A DNA stretch of 33,509 bases from a virus (taxonomy: Duplodnaviria > Caudoviricetes), in IMG/VR virus record IMGVR_UViG_3300027804_000141, positions 1 to 33,509 of that record; one strand, 5' to 3'. The notes below the pieces were generated by a model. It searched no databases. It saw only the letters and a program-made list of their open reading frames with translations, and was not told where the DNA came from. Made by a program: the position numbers and the translations under genes. Below are positions 8,945-16,755 of this stretch, in pieces; position 1 is the stretch's first letter; every line of letters begins with the position of its first letter.

Positions 8945-10690
8945 ATGGCACAACTATCTTACAATACAACAACATATGACCAGTTAATATTAAGGATAAG
9001 AAAATTCTTAATTAGATATAATAACAATGAATTTTCCTCATATGAAGAAATGGCTAATGAATACAACAATCTTTTGTCCGACGTTAATAACTATTCTGGA
9101 ACTCAAATATCAAAATATGATCCATACATAAAGGGCGAACCTGCGACATCTTCTAAATTTAACGTCTTTGCTGGAGATGTTTCAAAGGATTTAAATATTA
9201 TTTCTAAGCAGATTGATTATCAAAGTGGGCAGATTGCAGCAACATATAATCTTTTTAATACAGAAATAGATAAAGAGCTTGAATTTGTTAAAAGAATCAA
9301 TTCAAAAATTTCTGTTTTACAAATGTATTCAACCAGTCCAGCAAACGACATATATTATGTGGGTGATTCATTTGATAATTTTGATTATGTAGATATATCA
9401 AAGATCCAATCAAATAAAATTCCTTTTATTTCAGAAGGTAATGTAAAACTGCCCATAAGAAATTCTTCAAAATGGGTCCCAAATTATATAGAAATTGATA
9501 CCAATAATTCAAATGGCTTTATAGGCAATAATCATATTGTTTATCAGACAGAAAATATTAACGAAAATTCTAAATATTTTTTTGAAGATAATGATAAAAC
9601 TGGTTATATACCAAATATTATAGATAATAACCCATTGACAATTTTTGATTATGAATCAATAAATATTCCAAAAGAATTAAGAGATCGTAATCAATCTAAG
9701 GATTTTGAATTTTTCTACAAAAAGAATTCAGCGTACTATTCATGGGCGGATCATAATATAAGTGAACCATTGAGACTTGGTATTATAATTACTTCATCAG
9801 TTTCACAAAAAATAAATTCTCTTAAAATAGTTCCTAACTTAGGAAATTCTGTTAACACATATCCTGAAGTAAAGGTAACAAAAGTCTCAGCGGTAGATTC
9901 TCTTACTGGTAATGAAATAGTATTAAGTGAAGAAGAATTCTATATTGGCTCTACCATAGTGCCACAAACAATAGAATCAAGAAAAAAATATTTTTATGAA
10001 CAAGCAGAAATATTTTTCCCTGAAGTTAATACTTCAAAAATCAAAATATACTTTGAACAATCAAACTCTCAAGATGTAACTGTAAAGCACTTGTATTGGA
10101 CTCCAGAAAAATCTTCAGATCCACTTTTTACTGGAAAGAGAAAGTTTAATCCAGAAGGACTCTATGCACAAGGTTATGAGGCAATTAGCTATAGTTATGA
10201 GGCAATAGTTCCTGATATACTGCAGCCTAATAAATTTAAACTTGGAAACAATGAAACTAGAACTGTTAATGTTAGTTATACAACTCCAGAAATAGTTGAA
10301 AATTCATATGTAGTAGCTTTTGAAAGGTCTGGAGTAACTAATTATTACTCAGGATACAACGGAGGTGTGTTTGAGGAGGTAATTAGAGTGATGTCTACTA
10401 CTTCTAGTGGCAGTAGAATAGACCAAGCTTGGAAATACTCAACTTCTGCCGATGCACAAACTGCCATTAATACAATTCAAGACAAAATTGATAGAGGAGT
10501 TTGGAGTGGTTCTCAGTTTCAGAATTTAAGAATAATAACTGTTCCTTCATCTAACAAATATTCTAAAAAATCATCAGTAACTCTTAATAAAAAATATGAA
10601 TTATATGCAGCAAAGAGATGGAGTATCAGTCTTCGTTCTATAGAGCGGATACAACAATACTTACGAACCATCATGCCAAGTGGTGTCTAG
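8945..10690 (+). CDS. Putative structural protein, N-terminal segment; probably continues via +1 shift at 10646 to 11048 (about 700 aa)
   Basis: AGGAG SD, 581-aa ORF, paralogous motifs to 11045 and 13710. Confidence 0.72.
   Translation: MAQLSYNTTTYDQLILRIRKFLIRYNNNEFSSYEEMANEYNNLLSDVNNYSGTQISKYDPYIKGEPATSSKFNVFAGDVSKDLNIISKQIDYQSGQIAATYNLFNTEIDKELEFVKRINSKISVLQMYSTSPANDIYYVGDSFDNFDYVDISKIQSNKIPFISEGNVKLPIRNSSKWVPNYIEIDTNNSNGFIGNNHIVYQTENINENSKYFFEDNDKTGYIPNIIDNNPLTIFDYESINIPKELRDRNQSKDFEFFYKKNSAYYSWADHNISEPLRLGIIITSSVSQKINSLKIVPNLGNSVNTYPEVKVTKVSAVDSLTGNEIVLSEEEFYIGSTIVPQTIESRKKYFYEQAEIFFPEVNTSKIKIYFEQSNSQDVTVKHLYWTPEKSSDPLFTGKRKFNPEGLYAQGYEAISYSYEAIVPDILQPNKFKLGNNETRTVNVSYTTPEIVENSYVVAFERSGVTNYYSGYNGGVFEEVIRVMSTTSSGSRIDQAWKYSTSADAQTAINTIQDKIDRGVWSGSQFQNLRIITVPSSNKYSKKSSVTLNKKYELYAAKRWSISLRSIERIQQYLRTIMPSGV
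10646..10649 (+). other. Candidate +1 recoding site (GAG CGGA TAC)
   Basis: First in-frame CGG of the gene. The +1 frame is closed by TAG 10641-10643 and then open to 11048. Confidence 0.65.
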
Positions 10691-11048
10691 ATCTTATGAT
10701 TTCCCTTATTCGGTTAAAAAAGTTTCTTTAAACGTTGAATCTAGCAACCTTCCAAATACCAACATAGATTCAAGTATTAGGTATTATTTATCTGTTGATG
10801 ATGGTAGTTCCTGGATTAGAATATCTCCAATTGAGAATCCATTTTCTGGAATTCCAGAGATACTTTCATTTAACGAAAACATTTCTGCATCAACTCAAAT
10901 ACCTGGTGTTTCTTATTTTAATTACCCACAAGTTCCTAAAGAGATAAGAAAGATAAGAGTAAAGATTGAAATGACAAAGCCAAGTGGATCAAACATTAGT
11001 CCAATTATCAATTCATACAAATTATGCGCAAAGGTTGAGCAGCTATGA
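10647..11048 (+). CDS. Putative structural protein, C-terminal segment
   Basis: GYNNTYEPSCQVVSRSYDFP...SIRYYLS...W.RISP...IRVKIEM...SPIINSYKL matches the C-terminal half of the 11045 paralogue. The listed GTG 10680 has no SD. Confidence 0.7.
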   Translation, partial: GYNNTYEPSCQVVSRSYDFPYSVKKVSLNVESSNLPNTNIDSSIRYYLSVDDGSSWIRISPIENPFSGIPEILSFNENISASTQIPGVSYFNYPQVPKEIRKIRVKIEMTKPSGSNISPIINSYKLCAKVEQL

Positions 11049-13279
11049 CATTAAGTTCTATACAAAAACAAAAGTTTTTAGAAACAGTATATAAAAACTA
11101 CTTTTCTTCAGGAATAAAAATAGATGAACAAAAAGTACTAGAGCTGTATTCTCAATATTTTTCTAGGAATTCTCCAGGAAATCCCATAAGGCTTAATCCA
11201 GAAATATTTAGATCTACAGAATTTAGTAATACAGAATTAATTAATGAAAAAAACGCTACATTACTTCTTAATATAGAGAATTTGTATGATGTAATCTTTG
11301 AAAATTCAGACGAATTGTTTGACGTAACCAATGCCCTAAACTCTAGGATAGAACATCTGAGAAAGAAGAGATCAGAGCTAGAAGACAAGGTAGATGCGCT
11401 ATTGTTTTCTAATCAAAATTCAGATGGATTTTTTGCTTCTATCTATGAGAACTTTGCTACTGGAAATGCAATGAACTATGCTCTTTCAGATGTGTTTTTA
11501 GACACGGAATCAAAAAGAGTTACTTTATCAAAGTCTTTATCAAACAATCTTGAGTTAATATCTAGTAGTTCAGTAGTTTCTCCAGATGTTAGGTATGATC
11601 TATCTTTTAATAGAACAATAATTGAAAAAACAAAATCAATAGACGATTCCTCTTTCTTTGGATCTGTTTTTGATGGATTAAATAATACAGAATGGTCTAA
11701 ATATTTTGACTTTGAATCAATTGGGGTTGTTACTTTATCTATAAATATACCAATTAATCAACTTACTGTTATATCAAAAATACAAGGTAGATTGAATATG
11801 GTTACTCCAGCTGATATATACATAAAGGTTAACTATCAAAATGAACAATTTCCTTCAGAAGTTAAGTCTAAAAAATCTTTAAATGATTATGATAATTTTT
11901 CGTTTGAATTTACTCCTGGAGTAGTTTCGTCCATAGATCTTATCTTATCAAAAGTAGATCCAGATTATGTCAATACACAGTCTGCAAAAAAATATCAATA
12001 CAGATTTGGAATAAGAGATATTATTATTTCTGGACAATCATATGAACAATTTGGATCATATATTTCTGAGCCATATTCTCTTCCAACAAAAGATAATAAG
12101 AACTTGGTCATAGATACTGTATCAGTAGATGTTGATGAAGTATCTAATAGCGGTGGTTCTATATCTTATTTTATAGCGCAAGACACTGGCTCAGAAACTA
12201 ATATATCAGATTTTTCATGGATACCAGTATCTAGGCCTTTTGATTCTTCTGGTTCTTTTGCTTCTTCTGTTAGTTTAAATGGATCATCTACAAAATCTTT
12301 TTCTATAGTAGACAGTATAAAAAACGAAAATACTGAAATAGAAAAAATACCATTGAAAACAAGTGGCTCCTCTACAAATATTAATGAAGAGAATCCAACT
12401 TCTACTCTCTATGGAAATCAAAGTATTTACAGAATAGGTCAAATAAAGAAAATAGACAATCCATATAATTCTTATATTCTTGAAGGAATTAATTTTGTTT
12501 CTGGAAAATATGTTAACTATATAGACCCAATATATGATGAAACAGAGAAGCTTTCTACGTGGAATAAATTAATTGATGGAAGGGATGACAGCAGACTTGT
12601 TGTAGACATTCCTTCTTATCAAATAACTAAGGATCCTGTTTTTTTTACCGGATTAAATTTGTCTCAAGTTAGCATACTTCTTCCCTTAAACCTATACTGC
12701 GCAAAAGACATTGTTGTTTCACATAGGTTTGTAAAAAATGACTCTATTTCTTTAAACTGGAACGTATCAGTTTATATAAATGAAGCTAAGTATTCAATTC
12801 CAGCTGGGAAGTCCTATGCTGACATTGAATGGAGATTGTCTCAAGGGTTAAATAAAATATACGTTGCAATTGATTGTCCAATGTCAAGCATTGAAGCAAA
12901 AGCAGCTAGTGCAAATGGGTCAATTACATTAATGGAATCTCACTCAATTCTTCAATACGGAATAGTCTATTCTAACTACTTCTCTTACGTAGATCCAATG
13001 GAGCTTAGATATTCAAGGTCTTCATCTGACAATGTTTTTAGCATAGACAATGTTTTTGGAAATAGTGAAATAATCTCAAAAAAGAATATAAGTTCAAATT
13101 CAAAAATTTTTTATTTTACAAATTCGCCAAATCCAGTAACAAAAATAAGACTAAGAGCAGATTTTTCAAGAGGCAACAATCAGTTATCTTCTCCAATTTT
13201 AAATTCATATAGAATTAAATTTAAGAACTCTAATTCTTTTTCTGAACAAATTCAAAAACAAATAGACAATAACTCATAA
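11045..13279 (+). CDS. Putative virion structural (baseplate/tail-associated) protein
   Basis: 744 aa, ATGA overlap, coiled-coil N-terminus plus beta-rich body, ends IRLRADF...SPILNSYRIK like its neighbours. Confidence 0.75.
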   Translation: MTLSSIQKQKFLETVYKNYFSSGIKIDEQKVLELYSQYFSRNSPGNPIRLNPEIFRSTEFSNTELINEKNATLLLNIENLYDVIFENSDELFDVTNALNSRIEHLRKKRSELEDKVDALLFSNQNSDGFFASIYENFATGNAMNYALSDVFLDTESKRVTLSKSLSNNLELISSSSVVSPDVRYDLSFNRTIIEKTKSIDDSSFFGSVFDGLNNTEWSKYFDFESIGVVTLSINIPINQLTVISKIQGRLNMVTPADIYIKVNYQNEQFPSEVKSKKSLNDYDNFSFEFTPGVVSSIDLILSKVDPDYVNTQSAKKYQYRFGIRDIIISGQSYEQFGSYISEPYSLPTKDNKNLVIDTVSVDVDEVSNSGGSISYFIAQDTGSETNISDFSWIPVSRPFDSSGSFASSVSLNGSSTKSFSIVDSIKNENTEIEKIPLKTSGSSTNINEENPTSTLYGNQSIYRIGQIKKIDNPYNSYILEGINFVSGKYVNYIDPIYDETEKLSTWNKLIDGRDDSRLVVDIPSYQITKDPVFFTGLNLSQVSILLPLNLYCAKDIVVSHRFVKNDSISLNWNVSVYINEAKYSIPAGKSYADIEWRLSQGLNKIYVAIDCPMSSIEAKAASANGSITLMESHSILQYGIVYSNYFSYVDPMELRYSRSSSDNVFSIDNVFGNSEIISKKNISSNSKIFYFTNSPNPVTKIRLRADFSRGNNQLSSPILNSYRIKFKNSNSFSEQIQKQIDNNS

Positions 13280-13297
13280 AGAAAGATATTTAATAAA

Positions 13298-13708
13298 ATG
13301 GCAATATCATATTCTGATCCATCAAAAAAACAAAAATTAAGACAGCCTTTATTCAAAAGGCATAGAGCTTATTATAGAGGTCCTAGAAAAAGTTCAAAAG
13401 AAAATTTGATCTCAAACCAAATGTATGTTGATTTAGAAAGAATATATATTGAACTTGAAGATACCGCAAACAAAATAATCTCAGATGTTCAAATTATTCT
13501 TGACAAAGAGCAAGATGATGAAGTAACTACAATGCAAAGCGATAGTTCAAGAGTTTTTTCTTTTGAAAGTTTGAATAATATATCTTTTTATTCTCAATGG
13601 AAAGATACGGAAGCAGAACACTCTGAGTTTACAAATCTACCAACTTTAGATACAATTAGTTCAAGATTGTCTAGAATTAAATTAAAACTTAATAGACTGG
13701 AAAGTTAA
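13298..13708 (+). CDS. Hypothetical structural protein (shares N-terminal GP..S...N......DL..[IL]Y motif with 13710)
   Basis: 136-aa ORF in a tightly packed operon. Confidence 0.7.
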   Translation: MAISYSDPSKKQKLRQPLFKRHRAYYRGPRKSSKENLISNQMYVDLERIYIELEDTANKIISDVQIILDKEQDDEVTTMQSDSSRVFSFESLNNISFYSQWKDTEAEHSEFTNLPTLDTISSRLSRIKLKLNRLES

Positions 13709-13709
13709 T

Positions 13710-14972
13710 ATGTCAGAATATATAAATACAGAACAAAAAACAAGCCAATACAATGGCCCAGTAAATAGTACAGATTACAATAAAACTGTAGAACAAAATT
13801 ACAAAGACCTAGTGATGCTATATAATAGGTCTGGGATTCTCAGCGAAGAATTGCGCAACGCTTTTGAAAGAGTTCTTAAAGATCATGCATTTATCACCCA
13901 AGCTCTTTTGGATGTAGAGGACAGAATTAAGTCTTTGGAGTCTAATTTATCTGGAGATAAGATTCTTTCAATTTATAATTATTCGCAGATAGATAACGCT
14001 GCTCTTCTAAATACCGAATACTCTGTATCTGGTTCTGAATCTCTTTATCTTGATTTTATCAATAACATTATAACCTTACCTAAAGTTACTGGTTCTTCTT
14101 ATTCTAAAATAAAGTTTTTTCATGATTATATTGGTCAAGTAGTTCCTGACTTTTTTGAAACAAAAATAGACAACACTCTTGTTAGCGTTGACTCTCCATC
14201 AGCATTAATTGACACTACTCCTGTATATCATGCAATATTAGACAGTTCTAGTAAAGTGTGGAAAAGAAGTGTCGTTGTAGACTCTCCAAGCCTCCTAGGT
14301 GCTCAGTTGTATTTGTATATTAAGATTCCAACATCTTATAGCGGAAGCGACAAGACCAACTTCATAAGCCTTAATCCCTATCCAGTTTTTGGTACCGATA
14401 TTCTGAGAATTGATTATACGACAGTAGAAAACCCTTCTATGTCAAACAGTGATGGATGGACTCCTTTAAATCATAATATACTATATGATGGTATTTCAGA
14501 TGCTGTAGGTAGCGTTCCTCCAGGAGCGTGGACACAAGCAGGAACTGACGCACTACTTAACTCAGGTCCAATAGGCTTCTACTTTGATCCACTTCCAATT
14601 ACTGCAATAAGAGTATTGATGAGACAAAGAAGTTACATCACAGAAAACAACAAGTATGTTTATACATACGGACTTTCTGATATAGATATCAGATCTGACA
14701 AATTTCTTTCCACAGGAAAGTCAATTATTAGATTTGACGCTCCTGAAGGAGAGCTGATTTATAACGTTACTGGCGTAACCGCAAAAATATACAACGTTCC
14801 ACAGGAGCTTATTTCTACAGCGTTTGACTATAGGGTTATATATTACGATTCTGGCGTCTATACAGAAGAAAACCCTGGATCTTCAAGTTCAGTTTGGGTA
14901 GAAGTAACTTTAAACCAGCTTTCAGACGGCACTGCTCCAGTTTTGTCTGACCTAATAGTTACATACGAATAG
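13710..14972 (+). CDS. Putative virion structural protein
   Basis: 420 aa; YNGPVNSTDYN...DLVMLY N-terminus, coiled coil, beta-rich domain paralogous to upstream genes. Confidence 0.75.
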   Translation: MSEYINTEQKTSQYNGPVNSTDYNKTVEQNYKDLVMLYNRSGILSEELRNAFERVLKDHAFITQALLDVEDRIKSLESNLSGDKILSIYNYSQIDNAALLNTEYSVSGSESLYLDFINNIITLPKVTGSSYSKIKFFHDYIGQVVPDFFETKIDNTLVSVDSPSALIDTTPVYHAILDSSSKVWKRSVVVDSPSLLGAQLYLYIKIPTSYSGSDKTNFISLNPYPVFGTDILRIDYTTVENPSMSNSDGWTPLNHNILYDGISDAVGSVPPGAWTQAGTDALLNSGPIGFYFDPLPITAIRVLMRQRSYITENNKYVYTYGLSDIDIRSDKFLSTGKSIIRFDAPEGELIYNVTGVTAKIYNVPQELISTAFDYRVIYYDSGVYTEENPGSSSSVWVEVTLNQLSDGTAPVLSDLIVTYE

Positions 14973-15000
14973 TAATTTGGTTAAAAATTCATAATTGATT

Positions 15001-15013
15001 TTACTATAATGGC
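15001..15013 (+). promoter_or_regulatory. Putative promoter (TTACTATAATGGC, -10 TATAAT) for the 15042 gene
   Basis: Intergenic, AT-rich, TATAAT at 15005-15010, followed by AAGGAG SD. No canonical -35 at 17-bp spacing. Confidence 0.5.
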
Positions 15014-15041
15014 ACACTACTTTTCTTAAGGAGATATCTAA

Positions 15042-15647
15042 ATGGCTACATTTTATACTGGTCCTCGTCCAGTTCTTGCAGGTCAAAACACCAATGACAT
15101 GGTCAATGTCTTCAAAGGCACTGCTGGTACCTACTCATACTATCCATACTTTAGCACTAGTCACGTATTAGGTGGGTTCCCAGATCGTGCACACACACCA
15201 GGTACTGGCTATTTCCCTGGTGATGTATTTATGTCTCAACTATTTACTGGAAGTGTATTTTATGTACATCCACTAAATGACGCACCTGATGGAACAGCTA
15301 CTTATGATGGCGTTAGATTCCGTCCAATGGAATACAAAGGTCTTGTTGGAGCAAAAGCTTTCCCATCTTCTTTTGGTCACGAAGAAAGAGAAAATGATTA
15401 CAAGGTTAGACAATATACCTTTAAGGGTGTAGCTTCAGCTCAAGTTATGACAAGTGTTGGTCACGGATATAGAACAGATTCTGAAGGTGCGCCTAACTCA
15501 TATAGCTTCTTCCAGCCAGATGAGTTCCATGGAATTGACAGCGCTAAAGTTTTTGACTCTGGCTATGGTCAGGAGTATGGAACTACAGATTACGGTCAGC
15601 AAAGAGTTCAAGAGTGGGCAGGAGTGCCTTCTGCAAAAGCTCTATAA
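15042..15647 (+). CDS. Hypothetical protein with four internal repeats, possibly an abundant virion component
   Basis: Strong AAGGAG SD. Repeats YKGLVGAKAF, FKGVASAQVM, FHGIDSAKVF, WAGVPSAKAL. Confidence 0.75.
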   Translation: MATFYTGPRPVLAGQNTNDMVNVFKGTAGTYSYYPYFSTSHVLGGFPDRAHTPGTGYFPGDVFMSQLFTGSVFYVHPLNDAPDGTATYDGVRFRPMEYKGLVGAKAFPSSFGHEERENDYKVRQYTFKGVASAQVMTSVGHGYRTDSEGAPNSYSFFQPDEFHGIDSAKVFDSGYGQEYGTTDYGQQRVQEWAGVPSAKAL

Positions 15648-15912
15648 TTACCTTAGCCAGCCTATTAGTCTAGAAAGAGATGAGAGAATCTCTGGGGCAG
15701 TAGGCTGGCTATTGTTATTTTCTTTTATAGTTGCCTATGATGCATACGCAATTAAGGGAAAGAAAATTGAAACTTTAACAAGATTTTTTTGGAGAAAAAC
15801 AGATAACGGAATAAATAAAACAATTCCGCTGTTACTATGGTTTGCACTAACTGCTCATCTTGTTTTGGAAAAAGATATTAGAAGAAAAGCTTTTAGCACA
15901 AAAAGTTCGTAG
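15631..15912 (+). CDS. Small two-helix membrane protein (start uncertain: CTG 15631 or ATG 15577)
   Basis: Hydrophobic segments AVGWLLLFSFIVAYDAYAI and IPLLLWFALTAHLVL fill the gap after 15647. AGGAG lies 6 nt before CTG 15631. Confidence 0.55.
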   Translation: MQKLYNYLSQPISLERDERISGAVGWLLLFSFIVAYDAYAIKGKKIETLTRFFWRKTDNGINKTIPLLLWFALTAHLVLEKDIRRKAFSTKSS

Positions 15913-15938
15913 ACCACATTTCAAATCATAGCTCAATA

Positions 15939-15947
15939 TGATATACT
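15939..15947 (+). promoter_or_regulatory. Extended -10 promoter (TG-A-TATACT)
   Basis: TGATATACT in the intergenic region upstream of the nucleotide-metabolism operon; same -10 hexamer as the 26937 promoter. Confidence 0.5.
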
Positions 15948-15962
15948 TCATTGGGCGAAATA

Positions 15963-15999
15963 ATATACCCGTCCTACATTGGGCGGGTATATGGTTTTT
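15963..15999 (+). terminator. Intrinsic terminator-like hairpin
   Basis: ATATACCCGTCC-tacatt-GGGCGGGTATAT (12-bp stem, one G-U) followed by GGTTTTT, at the structural/metabolic module boundary. Confidence 0.65.
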
Positions 16000-16043
16000 A
16001 TGGCACGTTTTATAAGTTTAGATGGAGATAACAGGGATTGAGC

Positions 16044-16742
16044 ATGTCTATAGAGGCATTAAGTAAGGTTATAGAAGAGGACGCACTGCCAGTAGAAGTG
16101 GCAGAAATGTATTTGAATATTTATGTAGGCCAAACAGACTGGGTTAAACAGATTAATAAACTATGGATTAATCTGGAGAATAAGAATAAAAATATTGAAG
16201 TTTCAAAAGAGCAGATTAAAAAAGTTATAGCCTGTACTGCTCTTCTTCCCACTATGGAAAAAACAACAATACCAGATCCAGTTTACTTAATACTTTTTTG
16301 GTGCACTGGTTGGTCGCAGCTAAATGAAAAAGATTGGTTTAGTCTTTTTCAAGATGTTGTAAAAAAAGATTTACTTATCCAATCTAACAGAAAAAAGCTT
16401 TTAGAAATTGGCATAATTGACCCAATTGACTACTCTCCTTTAACTAGACAAGCTTTTAACTGGCTTTATTCAGAAGCAGAAGCATCTGGATGTATTAATG
16501 ATTCTAATAAAAAAGATATAGAGAAAAAGATGCAGAACCTAGTAAGAATATACGGAGGTGCTGTAATTTCTAATATCTTTACAAATCACAAAGCTTCTAT
16601 CGGAAAAATACATAGTTGGAGAAATGGATATTTCTTTGAGAGGGAAATATACAATGTTTACTCATTTGATCAGATAAACAAAATCAAAAACTTAGAAATA
16701 CAAAAACTAAATCCAAAATATATAAAGACATTAGAGAAGTAA
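16044..16742 (+). CDS. Hypothetical protein
   Basis: About 232-aa ORF; ATG 16044 is preceded by AGGGA. No motif recognised. Confidence 0.75.
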   Translation: MSIEALSKVIEEDALPVEVAEMYLNIYVGQTDWVKQINKLWINLENKNKNIEVSKEQIKKVIACTALLPTMEKTTIPDPVYLILFWCTGWSQLNEKDWFSLFQDVVKKDLLIQSNRKKLLEIGIIDPIDYSPLTRQAFNWLYSEAEASGCINDSNKKDIEKKMQNLVRIYGGAVISNIFTNHKASIGKIHSWRNGYFFEREIYNVYSFDQINKIKNLEIQKLNPKYIKTLEK

Positions 16743-16755
16743 ATAAGGAGATAAG

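Noticed and set aside
10173-10206. 13-bp direct repeat GTTATGAGGCAAT with 21-nt period
   Set aside because: Small in-frame duplication (YEAISYSYEAIV); only two copies.
14973-16043. tRNA, cobalamin riboswitch or other ncRNA in the intergenic gaps
   Set aside because: Gaps are short; no cloverleaf or B12-box recognisable, only the hairpin reported.
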